Positions 47,856 to 60,086 are shown, numbered from the whole stretch's first letter. The stretch: DNA of 63,734 nt, filler included, from Reclinomonas americana ATCC 50394 (GCA_048213135.1; 10 parts of 10 records of this genome joined end to end with filler, not necessarily neighbours in it); one strand, 5' to 3'. The notes: generated by a model not told the origin, from the letters alone. Translations and numbers: made by a program.

Positions 47856-50800
47856 ATGCCCGACGTAGTGGACATGTGCGTCCAGTTGAACGAGAAGGAG
47901 CGGCAGACGGTGCGCGAGTGGCATCAGCGAGGCCAGGTGCACGACTGCAGTTCATTTGATGCGATGCTGTGCTGCTCCATCTTGCTGCTGGCTGGTCATC
48001 GAGAGCACCCGAGAGACGAGCCGGATCGTCTGATTCCAGCTGGCGATGTGGTGAGTGCGTGAGAATGAGAAAAAGGAGGAGGAGTGTGATCTCCCTCTCT
48101 GTGTGATTGTGTCTCTCAATCTCTCATTGTTACACAGCGCGATGCGATTGCGCGAATGAGGGAGGTGTTTGAGCAGACGAGTCCCGCACGAGCTCGTGCA
48201 CTCTTTGTGTCTCTGCTCGGAAGAGGAGGAGGAGAGGGCGAGTTGCACCAGCTTGTGCGGCGGCTGCAGATTGGCAGGGATGTGGAGGAGGAATTGGTGG
48301 TACAGCTGAACGAGTCTCGTGATGGTGGGTGGGAGGAGAGATGGCTGATGCTTGCGCGTGCATGATTTGATTGAATGTGGAAGCTGATGCTGTCTTGGTT
48401 GTGTGTGAATGCAGGCGCATTGAGTCTGACAGACCAGGCATCAATAGCAGCCAATGTGGAGCAAGTTGAGTGGATTTGCATGAGGGAGGCGGTTGCCTGC
48501 ACAGTATTCATGGATTCTCACTTGCTTGTGATTGATCAGATGCGCGTCGAGATGGAGCTCATGCGGAAACAGCTAAGCACAATGTGCATCTCGCCCTCTT
48601 CTCCTTCTGTTGCAGGTTCGTTCTAAGATGGACCTGCATCGGAATGCATTACTGTGCTCACCCTCACTCTCTGTGGCACACAGCACCAGACAGCAGTCAC
48701 CCACCCAAGACACCACTCATGGCCCGCACCATCAATCCAGTGACCACATTCCGCTTCCCAAGTCGGCGTGCGCTGGCAGGTTCACTCGCCACACGCATTG
48801 TGGATGCTGTGGAAGGTTGGGTGTCCATTCTCCTTCTCCCTTCCTTGTATCTCTACATTCATGTGTCTCATCGTGTTGTCTGTGGTGGATGATTCTGTGC
48901 AGCACATCAGCCAATCATGATGGTGCTGACGGGCGATGGTGGCACTGGCAAGTCGTTCCTGGCCGAGCTGCTGGTGACCGAGCTGCTGGCGACTCGTCGA
49001 TGGAAGGGATCGGCCGTGTCGGTAGAGATGCGTGGTCATGTGAGCGATGTGAGGGAGCATGTGAAGGTGTGCTGAGGAGCATGCATGTTGTCTTTCATGT
49101 TGCACCATCTCCTTCCCTGTCATTCTCACTCTGCCTCTCTTTCTCCATGCCACTTGCCGCAGGCGCAAAGTGCTCTCGGCGAGTGTCTGCGTGCCTTTGT
49201 GACGGCGCAGATGCGAGTGGATGAAGTGGAGGGACGAAGACTGGCCGGTCAGGTGGATGCACTGCTCGCGAGTGGCGAGGTGGAGCCAGCACGTCGTCTG
49301 CTGCGACAGCTGATGCACGCCTCGAGTGGAGCGACGATGCTGGACAATGTGGGATCGGCTGAGCAAGTGAGGAGTGTTGTTCAGTGTGCTGATGAGGGTG
49401 CGTGTAATCATGAGAGGGAATTCTCTTTCCTGGTTGGGTGTTGGATTCTGACTTGATGTGCATCATGTGTGTCTGTGTGCAGATGGACTGGTGGCACCGA
49501 TAGTGGTGGTGACGAGTCGGTATGGACAAGTGGCGGATGAGATTCGTGACTCGATGATGCACGAGGCGGAGGTAGAATGTGTGCGAGTGGCGAGTGTGGA
49601 GAGCGAGGATATTGTGCAGCTGGTGGAAGAGCGACTGCTCCACAAGGTGTCGGTGGATGTGCGACGACGGATCGTGGAGGCGCTGGAGAGTGGACAGCAG
49701 GAGAAGAGTGCACTGCGAGTGAGTGCTTGTGTTGGGTGAGTGCTGAGTGAGTGAGTGGCTCGTGGATGAGAAGACTCACTCTTCTCTCCTTTTCTTCTCC
49801 TGCATGCAGCTGGTTGCTGTCACAATCACCAGCGCAGCTGGTAGGAGTGCGACTGGAGGAGGTGCTGAGTGGCATTGGTGGCGATGCGCTGTCGAAGCTA
49901 CTGGAACGCAATGTGATGTCGCAGACAGCAGCCGCGCGTCGTCTGTTGGTGCTGATCACGGCGTGCAAGGAGCTCGGCTTGCCAGTGACAGTTGCACTCG
50001 CACGAGTGGCTCTCGGTGTGCTGCGAGTGATTCCCGATATGACGGTGGTTGTGGGTGGTGGCGATGAAGATGAGGAGGCGGCAAGTCGACTGGTGGAGTT
50101 CGGTCAATGTGTGCGTCGACTGCGACTGCATGAGCTTGCACAGGATAGGCGACGGCGTGCACCCGAGGTGGTGAGTGAGCGACTGCAGTTTGACGAGATA
50201 AGTGTGGAGGAGGAACAGCGAGTGCGTGCACGGCGTGATGTGTTGGTGGGAGGTGGTGGTGGCGGTGACTATGGAGTGGAGGATGTGCTGGAAGGTCTGT
50301 GCTTGTCGAATCTGGTGACGGTGGGTGTCAGTGGCAGCATGGACAGCGTCGCTCGTGTGCTATGTGGTGAGCAAGTGAGAGGGAGTGGCAGTGTGGTGGT
50401 TGAGTATCGGGTACACGACGAGATTGCTGGGTGGATTGTGGGACGGTGTGGGGATACCGTGTCACGGGCGCAGCGACTGATTGTGCGACTGGTGTGCTGT
50501 GTGCTGAATGGCATCGATTCACAGCTGGACAGTGACGGTGTGTTGTTGGTGTCTCGTGACTTGCTCGGTGTGCTTCACACGGTGTGGCGCCTGTTGGGTG
50601 AGGATGATGGCATGTGGGCGAGGGATGCTGTGGGTGTGAATGGGCTGCTGGTGCAGTGTGGGGCGGTGGAGTGGATAGCTGAGCAGTGTGGCAGCGATAA
50701 GCTGGCGTCGGTTGGATTTGATAGAGCTGTGGCGTCGTCACTTCTGCGACGAGTGACAGAGTGTGGAGTGTGTAGCGATGGTGATGTTGTGATGAGTCCT

Positions 50801-51655
50801 GTTCGACGACGTTTCACAATCGTAGTGGCAAAGTGTCAGGTATGGTTGTTTTATATGCTTCGTCGGTGGGATGATCGCAAAGCAGCGTGGGAACAGGCGT
50901 GGCATTTGTGCGAGGAGTGGGAGAGAGATGACAGTGGCGAGATGACTGTACTTGACAAAATTGACGTATTGCGCTGCTTGATGTGGTTTGCTTATGATTT
51001 GGGTAACTTGCCTCTTCTGGTGCATTGTCACGAGAGGCAGTGCGTGACATTTGGTGAGGGTCATCCGGATTCCCTAATGACGCTGCAGTGGCAGGGCAAT
51101 GACCAGTTTGCTGAAAGGCGATTTAATGATGCTGAGACACTTCATCGTCGGTGCTGGGAGTTGCGAAGACTTGTTCTTGGAGACGGGCATCCCGACACGT
51201 TGGTGTCCGAGAACAATGTTGCCGCATGTATTTGGAAAAGTGGCAATCGGCTTGATGAAGTGATTCAAATGACGCGCGATTGTTTACGCTTGACACGAGC
51301 TGCAGTGGGAGACAGGCATCCGGACACACTCAGGTCGATGAACAATCTTGCTCGTTCTCTCTGTCAACAAAACACAGCAGAGGCACTTGCCGAAGCTGCT
51401 GATTTGTACCGTGAGTGCTTGGAGGGTCGACGACAGGTGCTGGGTGACAGGCACGAAGATACATTGTACACGATGTGCAACTTCGGTGACCTACTTTTGA
51501 AGCTGCAACGATGGGCCGAGGCAGAGGCACTGCTGGTGGAGTGTGTGGATGGTCGGCGAGCGGTGCTTGGTGAAGATCATCCGCATACGAAAGATGCCGT
51601 GGAGTTGTTGGAGGATTGTCGGCGACGTGCAAGAGAGGCTGGGGTGCTTTTGTGA
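47856..51655 (+). CDS. NLR-like STAND protein: helical N-terminus + NB-ARC-like P-loop NTPase + TPR repeats
   Basis: Walker A MMVLTGDGGTGKS (about 48932), Walker B TMLDNVGSAEQ, sensor IVVVTSR, and five kinesin-light-chain-type TPR units (GHPDSL, GHPDTL, RHPDTL, RHEDTL, DHPHTK). Stop at 51653-51655. Confidence 0.82.
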
Positions 51656-52207
51656 TTTACCAGTGAAGTTGCTCACTCTTTCGGTCCTCCCTTCTCCGAA
51701 AATCTTTGACGACGTCTCTCGGCATTCAACGTGACCGCCAGCAAGAAGGGAAGATGAGAGTTGTGCACTGGAAGAAGATGCGGATGCACTGTCACGATTA
51801 ACGGCAGGGTTAGACAAAGAATCGAGTGCTGTGTTTGACTGTGTGTCGCTTGCGCCCGTTGTCGCTTCATAGAGCCCCCAGAGTAGGGAGAGAGAGATGA
51901 TTAAGATCTCAATACAATCAGCCATGCAGACGTCTGCAATTATACCACCGCCAGCCGCAGCAAGGCTTTCAGTCCATGCAGAGTTACAAATCACACGACC
52001 GTTCTTACGGCCCGCCTTCAGTATCCAACGTTTCACAGGGACAGAGGGGTCGCACAGAGCCTTCTCGCTTCACTCATTTCGTTGGTGGTGCGTCCCCTCG
52101 CTCGCAGCTTGGCGCGGGTGCCTGTGCTTTCGCCTCCGATATGCCTCATATTCACTGACGTCATGAGGACTCCACACAAATCATCCTTCTTCGCTTCATT
52201 ATCTTCC

Positions 52208-52510
52208 TCACCCTCGACGCGACTGCCCAGCCTCATACGTCACCACACACGGAGCAGTGGCACGAGCAATGGCACCAATGGAGCCCGCCGGCGCCTCCGC
52301 GTGATCAAACTGCGGCGTCAGTGTCAGGGCCGACAGGTACTTGGCGAAGATGACCTGCACGTGGTGGCGATCAGGGAAAGAAACGGAATGCCGTCACGAC
52401 AGAAGAGATGTATTACCTTGAAGGCGTACATGGCGAACGGCATTCCGGGGCATGCGTGGGAGCCTGTCGCGCACGGAGATTGAGAAGCGATCGCGAATTG
52501 AGGTGCGTGC

Positions 52511-52558
<48 letters not shown>

Positions 52559-55500
52559 GTGCGTGTGTGCTGTGTGTAGGGAGTGTTCCAGCCCTTGCGA
52601 TTTGCCTTTCCTAAACACATGGATCTGTCTCTTTGTCATACTTCTCATTCTTTGTATTCTGCTTCATTCAATCAATCGCTTCTGTTTCTGCTTCTTGCTG
52701 TCGACGTTGTCATTGTTGTTTCCTTTTCATTCTCTCTTGTGCAACCTCTGCAGTCGCCAAAGGCACCTCTCTTCCCTGTCAGCAGCGCCTCCCTCATTTT
52801 TCGCCTTCTCCTTGCTATCAATTTCATCAACTTCCTTTTTCATCTCTCTCCTGTTCTCTCTCTCACTCACCCATTAACTTCTTCATCGTTTCCTACCTCT
52901 TCTTTCTATTGTATGTCTCTTCTTCTCCATCTTTTCCTTTTCTCTCTCAATGCATCTCTGTTCTTCTTCACTCTTCCACTCCACCCTCTCCATCTCAACC
53001 CTTTCCCCCCTTCCCCTCCCGCGCCCCTCCCTCTCCTCCCTACCCTCCTTACCATGCCCAAACGTCGACACAGAATACGTAAAATCGTTGACCGCATTCA
53101 CCACCCGCGCATCATCCGCCTTGCCCGCCGGCACATACCTCGCCACATCCAGTCGTGTGCGCTGCAAATTCAAGAGTCAGACAACCTCCTCTACGCCCAT
53201 CCTTTCCCCACACCCGCAACATCATATCGATCCGCATTGAACTCGCTCAGCGGCGGCACGCCATCCGCCACCTTCACCCCCACATCCGGCTCGGCCACAT
53301 TGGTGATGGAAATGAGCGTGCCGAGGTACATGCCGGGTGGCAACTGGTACTTGTGCTTCTCGTCCTCGAATAGCGCCGGGCGCATGACCTTGCGGAGGGT
53401 GATGGACTGCGAGTGGGGGAAGTGTGACAATGAGAGGCGAATAAGACTTTCTCCGCATTCTGGCTCTGCTACGTACTCGCTACTCTTGTTTTACTTCTCC
53501 TCTGCCTGTTTCCTGTAAACATCTTCACCATGTCTACTCTCTCTCTCTCTGTGTGTGTGTGGCCTTGTCCCTCTCTCTCTTCTGCGTCTCTCTCCATAAC
53601 CTTCCTCAATGCTTCTTCTTCCAAATCACTTGTTCTTTTTGTGTCCTCTCCTTTCTCACATCCTCCTTGTCCTTCTTCCCCTCCTTGTCCTTTTCTCCCT
53701 TGTCCATTTCCCCCCTTTCTCTTCCTTCAGCGTCTCGCATCCACCTATCTCAAATTTGTTTCCTCAATGCTTCCTCTTCTCCATCACATGTTTCTTTTTA
53801 GTGTCCTCTCCTTTCTCACATCCTCCTTGTCCTTTACCCCCTTTCACCCACCTGCTGTGCCAACCGCAACGACTCCTGCGCAATGCATTCCATGCCATAC
53901 ATGCCCTCGTCAAGCGCCTGCAGCGAGTGCGTAAAGTCCTGCGCATCACCACATGAGAATGCTGACTGCGACAGCGACAATGGTGGGAGCCCCACCTCGT
54001 CGTACTGGCGCACGAGCTGCTCGCGCTCCGTCCGCAACCGCTCCACCAGCGGGCGCACCACAGTGCCATCTGCACGTTACACTATAAGGCAACGACTGTG
54101 ATTTGTAGAAACAAAGTCACGACTCACCGCGTCCCTTTGTTACACCCTGCGTCAGCACATTGATCATGGTCCACGAGATGGCGGCGTACATGTTGATCAG
54201 CGACGCCAGGTGGAACTGGAAGGTGGCCACGGCGACCTTGCGGTGGCGAACCTGCGGTGGGAGAGAAGGGAAAGTGGAAAGAAGGGGAGACAGAGACACA
54301 TAGAAGCAATGAGTTTGAGAACGAATGAATAACGAAATGGCGGAAAGAGAGAGAGAGAGAGAGAGAGACAGCGAAAGAGGGAGGGAGAGAAAGAAAGAGA
54401 AAGAGAGAGATGTGAAAAGTGACGGAGATAGTAGCGTAAAAAAGACAAAAAGAGTCAGAAAACGAGAGAGAGAGAGAGAGAGACAAAGTGATGAGAATTG
54501 CACAGAGAAGACAGACGAACTGATGGACGAGCGAGAAGAAGCGAGAGGGAATTATGAGAGAAAGAGAACTGGAGAGACAGAGGTGCAATAAACAGAGATA
54601 ATGAGAAACAACTTGCGAGAGAGAAAGGAAGAGAAAGATAGAGAGACAGACGAACTGATAGTAGAGCGAAGGGAATTATGATAGAAGGAGAAAGATAGAG
54701 ATAGAGGTGCAATAAACAGAGATATTGAGAAACAACCAGCAATCGAATATGAGATAGCGTGCGAGAGAGAAAGGACGAGTGAGACAGACAGACAGAATAC
54801 GAGAAAGCAAGAATGAGAAAAACAAGAAATAGAACGAGTGGCAGCAAGAGAGAAAGAGAAAGACAGTGAGAAAGAGAGACACAGACAGCGATAGACAGAG
54901 AGGAAAGAGACAGAAAGCAAAAGAGAGAAAGAGCACACGTGCACGCGCGAGAAAAAGGGCGAGAAGAGGGAGACAAACAGACCCGAAAGGAAAGAGGATC
55001 AAGGGAAGAGCGAGAGTGCGTCAGGGACTGTGTGCGTGGGAGAGAGAGAGAGAGAGACAGAAGGAAAACGGCACAGCAAGAAAAGAAAGAGAATGAGACG
55101 AATACAAAGACAGCAAGAGAGAGACTTGCAGCTTGAAGAGAAAAGAAAAAGGAAAAAGTAGAGAGAGAGGGAGAGAGGGAGCGTTAAGCAAGAGTGAGAC
55201 AGAAACGCACATCCTCAGGCAAGTCAGCGTACAGCTTGTGCAAGCTGGCTAGATTGTCGTTCAGCTCGTCCTCCTCCTCCTCGTCGACATGGCGATTGCC
55301 CTAAACGCACTCAATGTGAGTGACCGCCACTGTGCCCTCTTCCAGCTTCGAACGCACCGTCCGCTGCTGTCGCTCCTCCCACAACTCACGCAGCGTCTTC
55401 TCCAAATCGTCCAGAGCGCGCTTCTCGCGGTAGCGGCGAGTCAGAATGGTCCACGCGAACGCCGTGACGTTGGAGAAGCCGGCCTCTGCGTCGAAAAGTG

Positions 55501-57566
55501 AGTGAAAAGAGGGACAGAGCGAGAAGAAGGAGTGAGCGTACCAGGGTCGAGTGCCTCGAATGCGGCGGTAATGCGATCAAAGTAGCGCGGCTGGCAGGCC
55601 TCGTTGCCGACCCAGCACAGAACGCTGATCTTGTGCAGCAGTTGCTTCATGTGGGCGAAGATCTGCGAGGAGGAGCAGAGTGAGTGAAGGGAGGAGATGG
55701 GAGGAGCTAAAAAGAGATTACCTCAAACTCGCCGCGCTGGCCGAGCTGCGCAATCGACTCGTCGCAGGCGGCGTTGATGCGCTGCGATGGGAGGGAGTGA
55801 GATTGCAATGAAGGAATGGAAAAGAAGGACGGAAAGAACACACCTTGATGTATGTTTGGACCAGCGGGCGACGGAGGCCCTTGTGGAATTGGATCTGTGA
55901 GGAAGAGGGAGAGTTACTTCGAATAAGTACATACGGAGGAGGGTATAGAGGCGACGGCAACAAAGGCAATTGGGTGCAGGGAGAAGGGGAGAGCAGGGAC
56001 GTGCGAAAAAATCGGTGTTGGCGACGAGCGAGGAACTGGATGGAGGTACGAGGGAAGAGACAGTGGAATACAGCGCGAGAGAGACGAGAGAGAAGAGAAA
56101 TGCGCGCAGTATTGCAGCTCCCTGTAGCTGGTCCTGTGGAATCAATCTCATAGTTCACCTCCGCTGCTGGGGAGGAGAACAGACAGTGGAATGCAGCGCG
56201 AGAGAGACAAGAGAGAAGAGAAATGCGAACGCAGACGGCACATGTATTTGCACTCCCTTCTGTGGAATAAATCTCTCATACTTCACCTCCTCTGCTGGAG
56301 AGGAGAAGAGACAGTGGGATACAGCGCGAGAGAGACAAAAGAGAAGAGAAATGCGACGCAGACGGCACATGTATTTGCAGCTCCCTATATGCTCCTCTGC
56401 TAAAGAGGAGAAGAGACAGTGGGATACAGCGCGAAAGAGACAAGAGAGAAGAGAAAATGCGGACGCGTAAGGCACATGCATTTGCAGCTCCCTGCAGTTG
56501 GTCCTGTAGAATAAATCTCTCACACTACACGACCTCTGCTGGAGAGGAGAAGAGACAGTGGGATACAGCGCGAGAGAGACAAGAGAGCATAGAAATGCGG
56601 ACGCAGACGGCACATGCATTTGCACTTCCCTACAGCTGGTCCTGTGTAATAAATCTCTCATACTTCTGGAGAGGAGAAGAGACAGTGGGATACAGCGCGA
56701 GAGGGACAAGAGAGAAGAGAAAATACGGGCGCAGGCGGCACATGTATATGTGGAAAAATCTCCCCTCTGTTGCAGTCTTGCCACCTGATCTCTTGTGCCT
56801 TGCACTATTCTCTGCATCCGTTACTGAGTCCGATTCTGCCGCAGCCTCTCAACAAAGTGCCTCCTTCAGCACCTGCATCTCAGTCTGCCTCCTCCTCTGC
56901 TCTTGCTTCAGCACAGCTTCTCTAACAGCGACGACTTGTCTTTGCGTCAGACTCTGCGACTGCAGTACCTTAATCTGCCTCGTAAACAGCTGTATCCGCT
57001 TTTGTGTCTGCCTTTTTCTGCCATCTCCCCTCTGCCTTCTCCTCCGTTGCCTCTGCCTTTCTTACATTTCCTCTTCCCCCATCTCATTCTCTCTCTCATC
57101 CCCTTTCCCACTCTCCCTCCTCTCCCATTCACGCACCATGCTCCCCTCAATCAACTCCTCCGGCAACTTGAGACTGAGAAGCCCGCGCGTCGCCTCCGTG
57201 AAGCTGGCATCCTTTTCCGGCACCTGCCCCCCACCCACATTGATCAACCCTTCACCACGCAGCAGGCGCGACGACGAGGCAACGGCGTACCTTGTACAGC
57301 GACTTCAAACCGACGGGCGAGAACGTGAACAGCAGCCGCATGCCAAACATGTCGAGCACGAACGTGGGTCCCACCTGGCGAGCAAGCGCAGTCAGGAGGA
57401 GCGCACAAGAGAGCACCATCACTCTGGAGGTAAATACCTGCTTCTGCATGCGCTCGAGAAATGCGCGCGGAGGACCGCGGACGAACTGGAGGCCGCAGCC
57501 GACCCACGGAAGCCAGCCGGTGATGACAGGGACGGTGGCGTTGGAGTCGCCAGGGAGGTGGAGTTT
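52208..57566 (-). CDS. Cytochrome P450 (CYP7/CYP39/CYP51-like), N-terminal anchor exon not seen
   Basis: PVITGWLPWVGCGLQF, GPTFVLDMFG, I-helix HLASLINMY, ExxR (QESLRL) and spliced heme motif FGH|GSHACPG. Stop at 52208-52210. Confidence 0.88.
56050..56755. repeat. About 120-bp tandem repeat, about 6 diverged copies, inside a P450 intron
   Basis: Unit GAAGAGACAGTGGGATACAGCGCGAGAGAGACAAGAGAGAAGAGAAATGCG...GGCACATGTATTTGCA... recurs near 56055, 56177, 56304, 56410, 56550 and 56676. Confidence 0.92.
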
Positions 57567-58252
57567 CTGAGAGGGGGAAGTGGGGCAAGGGGGTGAGGGA
57601 GAAGGATGAGAGTGAGGGAGGAGAGACAGAGAGAGAGAGAGAGGAATAAGGAAAGGGTGCAGAGAGAGGTGGATGAGGAGAGAAGGAGAAATACAGGAAG
57701 AGAGAGAGAGAGAGAGAGAGAGGCACTAGAGATGTAAACCACAACACACAGTACAGGGAGAGAGGGGGGGAAACGAACAGAGAGTGTTTGTTCATGTGAG
57801 TGCGTGAGAGAAACGAAGAGAGAAAGCGACAGCAAAGAGAGAGAGAGAGAGGAGAAGAGATAGAGGAGAAAGACAGGGAGAGACAGAGGAGTGAGAAACG
57901 GTGGACGATAAGAAGCAGGGAGAGTGAGAAAGAGCGAGAGGAAAGTGAACAGAGAGACAGGAAGGGATGAGGAGAGAGATATACGATGCATAGAGATATA
58001 CGATGCATAGAGACGCGGAAGAGACGCGAGAGACAGAGAGGAGAGAGACAAAGTCAGGCAAGATCAGAAGTGCAATGCAGAGGGTGAGAGCGAAGAGGAA
58101 GTGAAACCAGGCGTGGAAGGTGTGAGAGACAAGGAAAAGGGAGAGAGAGACAGACACACACAGAGAGACAGAGAGTTAGAGAGAGTGTGTTTCGAGGATG
58201 TGAGTGCAATGCAGCGAGAAAAGCGATAAGAAAAGGACAAGTGCGACAGACA

Positions 58253-58317
<65 letters not shown>

Positions 58318-58553
58318 AGAAGAAGAAGAGAGAGAGAGACGACGTAGTAGTAGACGTACTACGTAACGTAACCGTTCGGTACCGACGACGACGACGGACG
58401 ACGGACCGGACCACCGAGGAACGACGTACGACCGAACGGACAACCGAACGGAANNNNNNNNNNNNNNNNNNNNNNNNNNNNNNNNNNNNNNNNNNNNTTA
58501 ATTAATTAANNNNNNNNNNNNNNNNNNNNNNNNNNNNNNNNNNNNNNNNNNNN

Positions 58554-59143
58554 TGGGTCGGGGCTGCATCGCAGAGCTGGGCCGCGCGCAGAAGCTCGCC
58601 TGGCACAGCCGCAAGATCGCCGGGAACTCCGCCCGAGCGGCTGAGATGCAGGGCGTCCACCAGCATGGCGCCGTTCGGCCTGCCGGCCTGGCGCACGATG
58701 GCCTCGGCCTGCGCCAGGGTCCCGACCACGCGCCAGCGCATGAACTCCAGATCGACCCGCAGGCCGAACCCGCCGGCAAGATCGCACAATGCGGCGAACG
58801 TGGCGGTCAAGCGCAGGCGATCGGCATCGTCGCCGGACACGGTCACCGCGCTCGCGCCCAGTTCGGCTCCAGCTTCGAGCAGCGGTGCAAAGGACGCGAT
58901 GTCGAGGCTGGGCGTCAGCTGGATGAACTCGATCTCGTTCAGACGCACGCCTTCCGATGCCAGGATCGTGCGCAGCTCCCGCTGCGCCCATGAACCGGTC
59001 CGGATCGGATAGGCGACGCCGCCGGCCATCGCCGGATGGACGCGCAGGCCGATGGCGCCGAAGCCGGCGCTCGCCGCCTCTCGCGCCAGCTCCGGCGGGG
59101 AGAGCTCCAAGGCCGTCAAATGGGCGAGTCCGAGCGCGCTCAT
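58554..59143 (-). CDS. Sugar phosphate isomerase/epimerase (xylose-isomerase-like TIM barrel), 3' truncated, bacterial
   Basis: LAHLTALELSPP, AGFGAIGLR, VDLEFM, LVDALH and AQLCDA; intronless with high GC3. Confidence 0.88.
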
Positions 59144-59289
59144 CGATCTGCCCCTTCATCGCAAGCGAGCGACGGGTCGTCCCGCAATCCGAGTTGCCGC
59201 GCTGTGACCGGGACGGGTGGGAGAATCCGGGCGGATCGACTGGATCCTGTGATCGCCATGCGTCTCCCCCCTTTTTTAATTAACCCGCT

Positions 59290-59324
59290 GGATAATTGCG
59301 AGCTAATTATCCTTGCGGATAATT
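59290..59324. promoter_or_regulatory. Overlapping inverted repeats, probable TetR operator
   Basis: GGATAATT (59290-59297), AATTATCC (59305-59312) and GGATAATT (59317-59324) lie in the AT-rich divergent promoter upstream of the TetR gene. Confidence 0.65.
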
Positions 59325-59393
59325 GCTGTCAAGCGCCGTCAAATCGGTTAAGGAGGAGGCGCAATCGCCAGGACGGGCAGTCGAGACCGCGAG

Positions 59394-60086
59394 ATGAAAA
59401 CTGTGAGCGCGCGCAGGCCGGTGGAGAACAAGCCAGCCAAGGTCCGCCGGCGGGACCGCGAGAAGACGAAGGCCGAGATTCTGCAGATCGCTTTCGAGGA
59501 GTTCGCCGAGAGTGGGCTGCTCGGCGCCAATGCCGACGCGATCGCGGCCAAGGCTGGGATCACCAAGCGGTTGATCTTCTACTACTTCAACTCAAAGGAA
59601 GAGCTCTTCATCGCGGTGCTGGAGATGGCCTATGGCAAGATGCGCCTGGCCGAGGAGGACCTGCATCTCGCGACACTCGAGCCGGAAGCGGCGATCCGCC
59701 GGCTCGCCGAATTCACCTTCGACTTCCACCAGGCCAATCCGGAGTTCGTCCGGCTCGTCGCGATCGAGAACATCCATCGCGGCCGGCACATCCAGCGCAG
59801 CGAGAAGCTGACGCAGATGACCCGGCCGATCATCGGCCAGATCGAGCGCGTGCTGGCCAAGGGCAAGAGCCTCGGCGCGATCAGGCCGGAGATCGATGCG
59901 CACGAGCTGCACATGACGCTGAACGCCCTGTCGATATTCTCCGTGGCGAACCGGCATACCTTTGAGGCGCAATTCCGCTGGGATATGACGTCCCCCAGCG
60001 CGACGACCCGCCGCCGGGCAGAAATCACCGAAGTCCTGTGGCGCTATGTCCGCAGCGACGAGCGTTCAGCGACTGTCGATCAATAG
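59394..60086 (+). CDS. TetR/AcrR family transcriptional regulator
   Basis: HTH ILQIAFEEFAESGLLGANADAIAAKAGITKRLIFYYFNSKEELF; C-terminal FVRLVAIENIH. Confidence 0.95.
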   Translation: MKTVSARRPVENKPAKVRRRDREKTKAEILQIAFEEFAESGLLGANADAIAAKAGITKRLIFYYFNSKEELFIAVLEMAYGKMRLAEEDLHLATLEPEAAIRRLAEFTFDFHQANPEFVRLVAIENIHRGRHIQRSEKLTQMTRPIIGQIERVLAKGKSLGAIRPEIDAHELHMTLNALSIFSVANRHTFEAQFRWDMTSPSATTRRRAEITEVLWRYVRSDERSATVDQ

